A stretch of 64,000 bases of DNA from Gracilinanus agilis (taxonomy: Eukaryota), in NCBI RefSeq assembly GCF_016433145.1, contig NC_058130.1:74996-138995 (forward strand), in the 5' to 3' direction. The notes beneath the pieces were generated by a model that searched no databases, was not told the origin of the DNA, and was given only the letters and a program-made list of their open reading frames with translations. A program made the translations under genes and the position numbers. This document shows positions 1 through 11,915 of the stretch, in pieces. How positions within the stretch are numbered: position 1 is the stretch's first letter; each line of letters starts with the position of its first letter.

Positions 1-920
1 TTATTATAATTAATTGATGTTTTGTACATTTGATTAATTAGTCTTGGGATATAATAATTTGTTTTACTCTGTATTTGGCTTTTTGGACTAAAACTGGGGA
101 GTCTTGCCTTTTTAATTGGCTAGCCAATAAATCACTTGTGACCAAATTGTTCTTCAGTAATTTCTATTTTTTCCATTATACAGGGAAACCTTTCTACATC
201 TGTTTTCTAGCTTCCTTTAAGAATCAGTTAAAATCCCACTTTCTGGAAGAAGCCTATATTACCCCACCCTACTTCCTTACTGCTAAAGCCTACTTTCTGA
301 GATTATTTCCCATTTACACTGTATCTTACATGGACATAGTATGAGCTCCTTGAAGATGGAAATATTTTTTGCCTTTTTTTGTATTCCCAAGCTTTATGCA
401 ATGACTAGTTTATAGTAAATACTTAATAAATGCTTGTTAACTAACTACTTGCTGACTGTCTTCTTGAAGAGTTTCTAAGCTCAGGAATTAGGTGAATCCC
501 CTCAAATTCCCTATCATCCTCCCCACACTCCATGAACAAAGCAAGAAGGGGCAATATCATAAAGTATATCATCTATTTACTGCTTTACCAAGTTCTGAAA
601 AGTATTCCCCACAAAAACTCCATTAGGCAGGTCATACATTTTGTTTTATCCCAGTTTTACAGATGAGATAAATAGGACTCATGTAAAGTGATTTGCCCAA
701 GAACACAGAACTCTTAAGTAGCAGAGCCAGCACTCAAACCCAGATCTTTTGTCTCTAAATCTAATGATCTTTCTCTGCAGTATGCTTCCCTTCCAGTGAG
801 TGATGTCAGTACTTCCTAGTTCTTTATTCTTGAATGAATGTTTGCCTTTTCCATTCTTCAAATTCAAAATTGACAGTGCCATTCCTTTCTCTTTCCAGAT
901 GAAAAAGGTTCCCATAAATA

Positions 921-1104
921 AGGGATTCTTAACTTGAAGCCCATGATTTTTTCAATATATTTGAATAAGTATATTTCAATGTATTCCTTTGTGATCCTAT
1001 GCATTTTCTTTAATGCACTTAACAATCTTACTCTAAGAAGTCCATGAACTTAGCCACAGTACCTAAGGAGTCTATGATACAAAACAAATTAAGAACTCAC
1101 ACTG
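921..1104. mobile_element. Degraded hAT/Charlie-type MITE (~ boundaries)
   Basis: Starts AGGGATTCTTAAC and ends TTAAGAACTCACACTG, i.e. decayed CAGGGGTTCTTAAC-type TIRs. The AT-rich body resembles the copy at 44337-44530. No TSD visible. Confidence 0.55.
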
Positions 1105-1349
1105 TAGATGGTGTCATCAATGATCATTTGTTTTTATCTGGCATAGACTAAATCTATTACAAATGACCAAATGGATTAACTGAAATAACCATATGCATCA
1201 TTGGGTTCAGAAGGGACCTTAAATGAAATGATCTTGTCTACAACTCTTGTTTTACAAATTAGGAATCTGAGACCAATAGAAATGAAATCTAAGACATTGT
1301 CTAAGGTCACACAGATAATAAGTATAAGAATCAGGATTCAAATCCAATC

Positions 1350-1620
1350 TCTGCTTGAAGACCTCCAATGACAGGAAACCAATACCATAAACTAAATTAG
1401 TTCATTCCACTTTGGGAAAATTCTATTCATAAGGAGGGACTGACTTATATCAAGCTTAAAATTGGCCTCTCTGCAGCCTCTACCTCAATACTTCTAATTC
1501 TTTTCTCTGGGGCTAAGTGGAATAAGTATAAAGACTTTCCCATGAGAAAGCCCTTCAGATACTTTTAGAGCAATATCATTCTGTCACTAAAGCTTTTCTT
1601 CTCCAGGCTAAACATCTTCA
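1350..1620 (-). mobile_element. L3/CR1 LINE 3' fragment (~)
   Basis: Contains ...TCTGCTTGAAGACCTCCAATGACAGGAAACC... and ...CTTTTCTTCTCCAGGCTAAACATC, typical of the reverse strand of the L3 3' end. Confidence 0.6.
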
Positions 1621-1664
1621 GAATCATTTTTAATAATTTGGATTTAATTAAATTTATTTTCAAT

Positions 1665-3255
1665 TTAATTCAACAAACATTTATTTATACCCATACTATG
1701 TTTGCCAAGGAGTTTGAGTAATAAAGAAAAGAATCAGGAAGAACCCTTAACCTCCTGAGAGCCAACAGTCTAGTAGAATAAAGAAGATATATAAAAATCA
1801 TGTATTATAAGATAAAATCAATTAATAAACATTTATTACGTGTCTTCTTTGTACCAGGCATTGCGCTAAGTGATAGAATATGGAAATTCAATAAAAGAAG
1901 TATAAATAAATGGATGGAAAAAGAATTTGGTATATACTACATGCAAGTACTATATGAAACACTGAAGATACTAAGAGAAAAAGCAAGACAGTCCTGCACT
2001 CAAGAATTCACACTCTCATGGAATGAGATAATACATAAAACAAAAGTTCAGTTTCTTAGAGGCTCAAACATCTTAGGAAGTTCTAAGTGGCCAATGTTGG
2101 GAAAGATAAGAAGGTTCAATTGTCTTTACACTATGTCAGTAAGCCAGATGGCAGTGCCTGGGGGAGAAGAGGTCTATGTACAGAAAAGGCCTATGTAGGT
2201 CAGGCCCGGAAGACTTTAGGAGGCAATGGAATGGCAGATTATAAGGTCTGGTGCTCCCTATCAATGAAAGGAATAGAGTTAGTAATTTCAGTCTTATCTG
2301 GGTGAGCTATTATGCAGCCCAGATGAGTTCTGGAATGGCCTAGATCTGGGAAAGGGAATAAAGAGGCAAACCAAAGGTGCCCCTGGTACCGGTAGGTCTT
2401 CCCACTACATGATCACCCCATACAAGATCTGATATGAAACTATTAAATTCATTTTTGTCTTTTTATCACCAATGCTTAGCACAGAGCCTGGAACATAGAA
2501 GTCACTTGAGAACTAGGAGAAAACAGTGTCACAAAAACAAAGAAAGGAGAAAATGAGAGGGCAGTCAGCTGACCATATTAAAAAGCTTCAAAAGGGTTAA
2601 GAAGGATTAAGTATGAGAAAAGACCATTGGTTTTTAGCAATTAAAAGACATCATTGGCAATACTGGAGAGAGCAGTGTCAACTCAGTGCTGAGACTGGAA
2701 ATGCAGTTGCAGAAGATTGGTTTGAGAAGTGAGTGGGAAGCAAGGAAATGAAGACTGGGAAAAGCAATTCAATTAGGTATTGAGAACAGTGTATAGTTAA
2801 ACCAGTAGCATATAGAGTCAAGATTATGAAGTGAGGGAAGTGAGACCAGAGCAAAAGTAATGGATTGAGATAATAGGAAACTAAATGGATGGAGGGATTG
2901 GTGATCATGATGATAAATAGGTTTAGATTAGAGAATGGCAAAAGGAGAGGTTGAAGAATAGGAGGTTAGAGTCAGAGAGAAATATTTCAGATTTCATATT
3001 CATCGTAGTTGCCCTCATGTTTGATAGTGAAGCCTGAGATTTTTACCAATCTTGTATATGGCTAAGGTAGAGTGAAGATGCTCAGGTGTTCATAGGTGTT
3101 CAGGAAGTTAATGAACATAGAAGCTAGAGCACTTAAGGGAACATCCACACATATGCTAAAATCTGTGAGCATGAGGGCAGAGCTTAGGAGAGAAGTGAGG
3201 CCCTGAATATCTTGAGAAAAGAAGATGAAGGACTTGGAAGTCAATAGAAGATCTT
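1665..3255 (-). mobile_element. Cluster of decayed L2 LINE fragments (~1665-2310 and ~2515-3255)
   Basis: TTCAACAAACATTTATT L2 tail motif followed by purine-rich L2 antisense sequence (GATCATTGGCAATACTGGAGAGAGCAGT-like). Explains ORFs 1800..2198 and 2678..2941 as non-genic. Confidence 0.65.
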
Positions 3256-3481
3256 CATTGCCTTAGACCACACTCTGCCACTTTAAGTTGCAGAGTAGGG
3301 GCTGAGTAACCTAAGTTGTAGAGGGATGCTTCCTACCTGTGTGACCTTGATTAAGTCATTTAAACTCTCTGGGTCTCAGTTTCCTCTTCTGTAAAATGAG
3401 AGATTTGGATTAGTCATCTAATATCCCTTCCTGCTTTAAACTTAGGGTTCTACAGTTAGACATTCTGAATATTGTCCTTAA

Positions 3482-3630
3482 GCCTGTCTCTGTCTCTGTC
3501 TCTCTATCTCTGTCTCTGTCTTTCTCTCTCTGTCCATCTCTCTGTCTCTGTTTCTGTCTTTCTGTCTTTCTGTATCTGTCTCTGTCTGTTTGTCTCTCTC
3601 TCTCTCTCTCTCTCTCTCCTTCTCTCTCTC
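3482..3630. repeat. Compound (CTGT/CT)n microsatellite
   Basis: Direct reading: TCTCTG/TCTG units grading into pure (CT)n. Source of the SLSLSL ORF at 3472..3672. Confidence 0.95.
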
Positions 3631-5054
3631 AACATCGAGCTGTATTTAGGAAACCAATACGCAAAGAGGTAAGAGTGGAATATTGCACACCAATGGAAGA
3701 GAGCTAAGAAAACTTCCAGAAGCTACATTTAAAAGGAAAGGCAGAAGCTAAGATATTAGAGGAGGAGGAGGAAGAGAAGGAAAAAGTCTTCCACCTCCTT
3801 CCATACAGATGGATTCAGCACCAGAACACTACTGTTAGGGCAAAGATGTCCAAACTTGCAATCTGCCTCCAAGATGCCTTCATCCAATTAAGCTCAGTTT
3901 ATAAACAGCACCATAATAATCGCACAGGAGTATTTTCTTTCACACAAAAAAGTGAGGGTGCCTCAAACAGAAGTGCTACTGTTTTGTTTACTGACATTTA
4001 TGCCTTCAAAAACAATTGACACTTTTTTGAGAAAAGATTTACAAACAATAGATGCTTAAGCAAGATGCAATTATTTTTATTATATTTGATACTGTTGGGT
4101 AAGAGATAAAAAGTTAAGGGGTGTTCTAGTGATATCAGGCTTTTTATGTGATAAAAACTAGAGACACTGGGAATCTGGCCTCCCTTTTATGCCCCCTTCT
4201 CTGAAGGTTTCCCTTTGTCTGATGTACTCCTTAGAACTCACTTTCTCCTTATTCTATCAAACTTCTCCAGTGGTGGAAGTAGAGGACTGATGAATTCATT
4301 CCCTAATAAAGTGTTAGACAGTGGTGTATAGCAGAAATAGTCTTGGATTTAGAATCAGAAAACAAAGGTTCAAGACCTGGTTCTGAGACTTTCTAGTTGT
4401 GAGACCTGAGCTCCAATTTCCTCAACTATAAAACAGAGATAACAATGCCTGGTAAATATCTACCTCGTAGAGTTGTTTTAAGAAAGTACTTTATGCCATT
4501 GAAATGTGAACTATTAAAAAAACGACTAAAGTGAGAATGATGTTCAATACAAAGAAATAAATTGCTAATGGTAGAAATTGAGATAGTTCATTCAATACGT
4601 TCCATTAGAGGTGCAGTCTCTATCCCTATCCTATTCATGAAGCCACAATGAAGAAACCACTTATTGTGTTGGTCTTTGAGGGTGTTATAAAGCTGCTGTA
4701 TAAGGCATAATCTCTGCTTCTGAGCTTTCAGGCTAATAGAGAAGAGAAAGCAAATATATAAAAACTTGTTGAAGGTGGAGAGAGGCACAAAGTAATATGG
4801 GAGAGTCAACCAAGAAATTGTTTTTATTAAGGGGATAGTAGACTAGCTTTCCTTGGCCCCCTCAAATGTCCCATCACATTGATAGACTCCTTCACTAACA
4901 TTTAAAGTAATCTCTGATGACCATTAACACCCTGAAAAGCATAGCTTTTGCAAAGTTTCTAGGCATTCTCATGCAAACATCTTTTGAGGGTTTTAGGTAA
5001 CATCATTCTCATCCTCAAGTCTTTGAGTGTGATCTTCAGGACAATTATAACATC

Positions 5055-5125
5055 TGGAGCTGGTTAGTAGAGGGTGATGCCAAAGTCATGGGTTTGGTAA
5101 ATTAGCTTTGCTCTGTTCCGTGATG
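5055..5125 (+). mobile_element. Ancient tRNA-derived SINE fragment, MamSINE1-like (~)
   Basis: GCTGGTTAGTAGAGGGTGATGCCAAAGTCATGGGTTT...TTAGCTTTGCTCTGTTCCGTG resembles my recollection of the MamSINE1 head and body. Confidence 0.4.
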
Positions 5126-6433
5126 AGATAGCATGGTTTGGGGGTTCCACCCTTTGAGAGGGTTCACAGGAACTCTGTTCCAGCACACTTGAGGCATTTC
5201 ATGGGATGTTATGGCGTGACGTAACAATGAAGAGATCAATGGATGCAGAGTCCCCAGATAGGAGTTCTCACCCCCACCTGTGCCATGAGCTAAGACACTG
5301 GGCAAATTGCTAGCCATCTCTGAGCTTTTGTGACAAGAGAGGATTGGACAAGACAAACTCTAGTCTTTTACATATCTAGGAGTCTTATTATCTAATACTT
5401 TAAGTGAATCATAGTTCCAAAAGGCAGATGTAGATGTGAGGGGTGAGGGATGGGGAGGAGAATGGCCTGAATATGTGATTTATCAATGGGAAGAACACCC
5501 ATCATGTGTAAACTCCCTTCACAGATGCAGTTCATCAACCTGTCTATAATTTAGTGTCAGAGTATTGCCAGAGTAACCAAGAATGAAGTCCTGAGAGTAC
5601 TATCCTCAATTTGCTCATGGGCAAAAAAGGATAAAGGATTAATCAAGTCAGGAGTGAGACAGTAGCAAATCCTGAGGTGGACACTTGGAAATCCCATTAG
5701 AGTCTTCGAATCACAACATGGAAACATGTCTCTAGGAATTACAATGAACTGATCCTGCAAATGCATAGTGTCAGAGGATTTTGTAGTTGAAAGAGATCCC
5801 TTTTTTCTAGATGAGAACCCAGAAAGATCAAGGGTCTTCACCAGAGTTGGTTATTTCAGGAGTAAGTAGCAGAGAGAGGACTGCAACCCAAGTCTTCTCC
5901 CTCCAAATCCAGCAATCTTACTACTAAAACATGGAATCATCATGTTTGCAGATTTTAAATCATGTGATCTTTACAACTTGCGATCTCACAAGAATATTAG
6001 ATTTGGAGTAAGAAGATGAATTCAAATCCTACTATGTCATTGACTAGCCAACCCCACACTTAATAATATCTGTGCAACAACACTGATCATATTGCCTAAT
6101 TTCTGTTCCTTTATTTGTAAAATGAGGGTGTTGGACTAAGTTGCCTCTATGTACCCTTCTAGCTTTCAATCTGTGAGTCTCTGATTCTACCTATAAACCA
6201 CTGAACCTCTAGGTTCACATCTATAAAATAATAAAAAACCTCTAGGTCACATCTATAAAATAATTAAATGACCTCTAAAGTTCCTCCAAGCTCTAACTCT
6301 GGGACCCAAAGAACTCTGGGAGGTAGATACTACTATTTCCTCCATGTTTCAGAAGAGAAAACTGAGGAAAATTAAATGCCATATCCAGGGTCACACAACT
6401 AATGCTAAAAGGGAAATTTGAACCCATGAACCC

Positions 6434-6508
6434 TTTTTTTAAAAAATCTTCTTTCTTAGAATCAATATTAAATATTGATTGTCTAGCCTTTACCACTCTT
6501 CTGCCTTG
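6434..6508 (-). mobile_element. Truncated opossum SINE1 3' end with inverted 5' segment
   Basis: 6434-6480 is the antisense SINE1 tail (TTTTTTTAAA..TTCTTAGAATCAATA..TATTGATT). 6479-6508 is the adjacent consensus segment in the opposite orientation (TTGTCTAGCCTTTACCACTCTTCTGCCTTG). Confidence 0.7.
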
Positions 6509-6528
6509 TTTTTCAATCTCATATCTGC

Positions 6529-6740
6529 CTCTTTGTGACTCTATCTGGGATTTTTTTTGGCAAAGATACTGGAGTGGTTTGCCATTTCCTTGTCTAGCTC
6601 ATTTGACAGATGAGAGAACTAAGGTAAACAGGATTGGATGACTTGCTCAGAGTCACATAACTCATAAGAGCATGAGGCCAGATTTGAACAAAGGAAGATG
6701 AATCTTTCTGAGCCCAGACCCAGCACAGTGCCACCTAGAT
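6529..6740 (-). mobile_element. MAR1 marsupial CORE-SINE (~)
   Basis: RTE-type tail TTGGCAAAGATACTGGAGTGGTTTGCCATTTCC, then CORE, then tRNA head GCCACCTAG. Confidence 0.85.
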
Positions 6741-7083
6741 ATCAGGTACATGATAGGTGTTTAATAAATGTTTGTCGATGGGCTGACTCTCAGTTCTTCC
6801 TCTAGTGTATGAGAACATAAAGAAAGAAGGACCTCCAATGGTTAGCCAGTTAAAGCTTAGATAGTCCCAGATAGTCCCCCAGATTAGATGACTTGCCCAA
6901 AGTCCACCAAGTGGCAGAAGCCGTGATTACTCAGAGATCTGACTTTCAAATCTAACCCAAGCTCTACACCAAAGCCTGGAGCAAAGGAGCTGTTTTTCTC
7001 TATGTTGGCTTACTCTGAAGCCAACTTGCTCTCAAACTTGCTTTTCTAGGCCCTGTTTGCATAGCCAGAAACCTTGCTCCAGG

Positions 7084-7136
7084 GTTGCCATGGGGAAGTT
7101 ATTGTTGTCCTGCTGGCAACAGGTTACCCAGGCAAA
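7084..7136. promoter_or_regulatory. Candidate enhancer: cluster of RFX X-box-like sites
   Basis: GTTGCCATGG (7084), GTTGTC-N5-GGCAAC (7104-7120) and GTTACC-CA-GGCAAA (7123-7136; one mismatch to GTNRCC-N0-3-RGYAAC), in non-repeat, locally GC-richer DNA. Confidence 0.4.
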
Positions 7137-8799
7137 TGTTGAAGGGCCCTAACAGGGCCAAATGAGCAATGAGCTTCCCCAGATAGCAGCAGCAGCAGTG
7201 GCTGGAGGGCTGGAGCTAGTCTTTAGCCAGGCCCTAGATTTCACTACTTTGCTTTTACATCCAGAGGTGGCCACAGGGTCTGCAATAAGCCACTGCTGTC
7301 ATTGAAATGCAGAAAGAAAGTCATTTTCACATTAGAAGTAGGCATCTTGGCTTTTGTTCCTAATTCCATCTTTCTCAATTTGCTTCTTAATTCTGAAGGG
7401 CATTTTCCTATCCCAACTTGTACATATATTGCTAAGAAAGGGGTACCAGATCACTATTCCGATGAAAATAGGGGTTGTTTCCATTCTTTAAATCTCTTTT
7501 AAGTGTATTTTTAAAATTGAAAGGCCTCATCTAAAACTGTAATAATGAATTCTAAAAACAACAGAGTTACAGGGGACCTTCTGATTATTTACTATTTTTT
7601 AGATGGGGCAATGGGGGCTCAGAAAAAAAGTTAAGTGACTTACACGAGACCACACAGCAACTAAGAAGCAGAACCAAAAGGAAAAACCTCTAGTTAATGA
7701 AAAGACTAAAGGCTTTCATAAAGCTCACATTTCTATGGTGTTTTAAGACTTACAAAATCCCTTCCAAGGATCTTCAGTATGTCAAAGATCTGTGAATTCC
7801 TCAGCTAAATTAGTAAATAAGTCTAGGAAAGATGCTTGAGGTTTAGATTTTTATGCATGTGGTCACCTAGCTAGTAAATGACAGAGGCAAGATTTGAACC
7901 CCATAATAACAGAAAGCTCAGATTTCTATAGAATTGTAAGGTTTGTGAAGGACTTTCATTAAAAAAAGGGGAAAAAAAGATAGACCAAGTATTATTATCT
8001 CCATTTTACAGATAGGCAAACAGAGAGATCACCCAGGTGTGATGTGGTCACATAACTAAACTAGTAAATGTCCTGAGGCAGGACTGAAACTCCAAGTATT
8101 CTAACACCAGCATTCTATCCACTACACCACAGTCAGTTGGCTCCAAAGCCAACAGTAAAAAGATTAGCCCTTAGAGTAGAAGTGACATTGGAGAAAATCA
8201 AGTCTTCCCTTGGTAGACAACATAACTGAGGCCAAAAGGAAGGAAGAGATTTAGCCACAGTCACCCAAAACCAAAAGGGCAAAATTCCAGATTTGACCTG
8301 GAATCATCTAGCTCTCTTGCTCACTCCGATTGGTCATTGGTCATTTCTCTAGAGGGTGGGAAAGGACAGTCTTTTGGAATGTTAGAAAATACAGAACAAA
8401 AACTATTCTTATTTTAGAATAGGAGGTCTCAGCAAAGCCTCAGGGCTGAAAGAATCCCTGGAGTACTGGATTTGGTTCTCAGGGAACTTTTAACCATTTA
8501 GATGAGATTGATAAGTAAATTTAGAAGCCAACATATCTAGGTCTGGAATATTCTTTTATACTAACTGCAGGTTTCTTTTGTCTTTGGTTATTAATTTAGA
8601 ACTCATGTATTCACTTTCTTTGTAAATAAAACCTCCAGGATCATAGGGTTTGGAGGTTGAAAGGATCTAGGATCATGTAGCCTCCTCATCTAGGCAGCTT
8701 GATAGCCCAGTGGCTAGAGTTCTGGGTCTATAATCAGAAAATTGTAATTGCTGTCCAGTCACTTTCAGTGGTGTGTGACTTGTCATGTGGGATTGTTGA

Positions 8800-9200
8800 G
8801 TGGATAGAATGTCAGACCTAGAATCAGGAAGATTCATCTTTCTGAGTTCAAATCTGGTATCAGACACAAGCTGTGTGACCCTGGACAAGTCACTTAAACT
8901 TGTTCCTCATATATAAAATGAGCAGGATAAGGAAATGGCAAACTGCTCAAGCATCTTTGCCAAGAAAACCCCAAATGGGGTCAGGAAGAGTCAGACACAA
9001 CTTGAGTTTAAATCTAGCCTCAGACATATACTAGTTATATGATCTTGGTCATGTCACTTGACCTCTGTTTTCCTCAGCTTTCTCATCTGTAAAATGTGGA
9101 TAATAATAGCACCTACCTCTTAGGCTTGTTATGAGGATCAAATGAGACAATATTTGTAAGGCACCTGGTGCATAGTACATGCTGTGTAAATATTACTAAT
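8800..9200 (+). mobile_element. MAR1 (~8800-9003) followed by MIR (~9003-9200)
   Basis: GTGGATAGAATGTCAGACCTAGAATCAGGAAG head, CORE GCTGTGTGACCCTGGACAAGTCACTTAA, RTE tail CTTTGCCAAGAAAACCCCAAATGGGGTC, then MIR core and tail. Confidence 0.85.
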
Positions 9201-10778
9201 ATCATTATTATTATCTTACAACCAAAGAAACTATAGCTCCACAAAGGGTCAGGTAGTTAATTTATATGACACTTTACTGGCATTTCATGGGAATGACTGG
9301 CTTCTGTATTTCCATTTTTATGGCAATTGATGGACAATCTTCAATCACTGGTTTAATAAATGGAAACCTTTTTCAAAACAATGGGGGGAAAGGGGAAAAA
9401 AGAAACTATAGCCCCACAACACTATGACTCACTCAAGATCATAAAAACCATGGAAGCAAAGGTAGGATTTGAACCCAGTTTTTCCAACTCTAAATACAGT
9501 ACACTTGCCTCTATACCAATGTAAAGAGACTTAAGATGAATTAACTACTAGGTTGTTTTATCATCACATTTTCAAACCTTAAAAATCCTTTCTACCCACA
9601 ATGAACAATGAAGCTAATTGTACATAAATTGTACTTTAACCTCATTTCTTCATCCTTAAAGATAGGGAATAAATTCTTTTTTTCAGCTTCCTCTCATTTT
9701 TTTGGTTGGGTTAAAAAATGTCTCTAAACTTCCCATATATACTTAAGCACAGCTACAGAGAAAAGGAATGTTGGCAAGTCAGCATAAGAGAATTGTAGGA
9801 CTTTGAGCTGGAAGAGTCCTTGGGCTCATCTAGCCCAACCCCTTTGTAGCTCAGGAAAATCTGCATCATCTTCTTGTCTCTGTGTGATTCTTTGGGACTT
9901 GAGGAAATTATTCAGAGAAGGAAGACAGTAGAGCAATTTCTGGCATTCAATTACAGGTCAAAAGCCAACCTCTCTTCCATGTGGATCCTGACAACCACCA
10001 CTCCTCCCTATTTTTTTTAATTTGATGACAGGCAAGAACCAATCAATAAGATAAAAGAAAACATTCTATGCTGTGTGTTTTCTTCTCTTTTCATCTCTTC
10101 TGTCACCTTCATGATTCAGACTTTCAGAGGTGAGATGTCAGTACCAGGAATTGAAAGACAGGTAGCAGCTACATGAGCAACTACAATGTAGTTGAGTGGA
10201 GCACCCAGGGAGTGATTCAGGCAATAATTGCAGAAGCAACATCTCTCAGAATCAGGTGAGGATATGTAGCTACTATGAAGCCTTGGGCTGGTGAGTCAAG
10301 GAGAATGTCATCTTTCCTGCTTTCTTTTAATCCAAGAGCCTGATATGGAGACTGAATGTCTCTTCTCCCCATTTCTTTCTACAATCCATGGCTGTGTGCT
10401 TGAGCCATATTCCCATCCAAAACAAAGACCTGGGAAGGAGCAGATGTGCTGGGCTGAGTTTATATTGCCCCATATTATTAAAGTTATTTGTTCACAACAT
10501 ACTATCTCAATCTATGAATACTGAGGGAAGAGATCTTAGAGAGTGAAATACCCTCAGGGCTAAGGGCAGTGGCCCCAGGTATAAAAATAGAGTTCATAGT
10601 TTAATATTACAGTAATATTTCATCTCCTGAACTACATTGGAAGCCAAGAACTAGGGAAGAAATGCCACATAATGCTAAATGCCCTCTTAAGGGCAGATAA
10701 AGCTACTCTAGGAACCCACTGCCTAATTAACCACAAATAAGACTGCCTTAAAGGAACAATTCATTTTGAATTGAATTT

Positions 10779-10791
10779 GCCACCTAGTGGC
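10779..10791 (-). promoter_or_regulatory. Candidate CTCF site inside a palindrome
   Basis: Minus strand reads GCCACTAGGTGGC, matching the CCASYAGRKGGC core. It sits in AATTTGCCAC-CTA-GTGGCAAATT (10774-10796). Confidence 0.5.
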
Positions 10792-11414
10792 AAATTTAGC
10801 CATTGCACAATGAACTAATCCAAACCCCTTGGCTGGATTTTTCCCTATTGTGTCCCCATAAAATACCAAATGAATTATCACCACTGCTTTCAACAGCCTT
10901 AGCTCAACATTCCTCACAGAACTATGATTTAGCATTCATACTCTGCTATCCATCTTTGCTTTTGTATAAACTTCTTTTAAAAATGTAAGTTTTTTTGGTT
11001 ACTCACATTTGTCTGATCAAATACCTTAACCTTTTATTTTTTAGCAATGCAAAGTAACCAATGGGAACAGAGACGATTGCCACAAAAGAGTGTAGAGGGA
11101 GAAGAGAAAAGGGACATGGACAGGACACTGGGGAATATCCACACTGGAGGGTCAAGAGTTAGCTACTGATCTAGCAAAGGATACCAAAGGAAATGGTCAG
11201 ACAAATAGGAGGAAATCCATTAGAAAGCAGTATCATAGAAGCCAAAGGAGAAGGAAGTATATAAAAATACAATTTTATTAGAGTGTTAGCTTGATATCTT
11301 GTACATAATTATGCATAATTATATACCATTTTAGTATAATGTAAAGTCCTTGAGGACATGGACCATATTCCCTTTGTATCATCAGAGCCTAGCCCAATGC
11401 CTGGTGTAGAGTTC

Positions 11415-11915
11415 TTTTATTTTGGAAGAGGATCAATGACATCACAGAGGAATGTCTTACCTTGTGCATGAACTGGATTTAAGTGAGGCGGAATTGCACG
11501 AAGTTGTCAGCCTAATTCTTGCTTCCAGAGTCATTGAAGTCCAGTGGCAGGACAAAAGTCAAGATGACTGGCAATGGCCTGAGACTTAGGTTACTTTAGC
11601 ATCTTGGATGTCAGACCAAGCTCTAAGCCTTCCACAGAACCTACTTCAGCCACTTTAATGGCCATTGGAACAAATTGTTCCTGTATGGCAATTCCAGGGG
11701 AAGTCTTCATACTAAACTGAGATTAAACACTCCCCTAACTCACCTACAGACAGTAGGTGAGTAAAAAGAAAGTTTTACTGAGGTATGCCCTCACCCATGC
11801 CACAGCTTCTTGGAACCGTAGGTAGTTGGATAAAAAGCAGGCACACAACAAAGCTGCATGAACAGTCCTGAAAAGAGCTCAGCAAATCCTCACACCAGAG
11901 GCACTAGTCCTCTCT
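11415..11915 (-). mobile_element. Marsupial RTE-related SINE (RTESINE/WALLSI-like) (~)
   Basis: Colinear reverse complement of the element at 55850-57190 (GTCCAGTGGCAGGACAAAAGTCAAGATGACTGGCAATGGCC; GCCATTGGAACAAATTGTTC). Confidence 0.75.

Noticed and set aside
7258-7275. CTCF-like CCAGAGGTGGCC; also CTACCAGGTGGT at ~22577
   Set aside because: Only the 3' half or a two-mismatch core matches, which is too weak.
10178-10194. 8-bp palindrome CAACTACA-A-TGTAGTTG
   Set aside because: This arm length is expected by chance in 64 kb.
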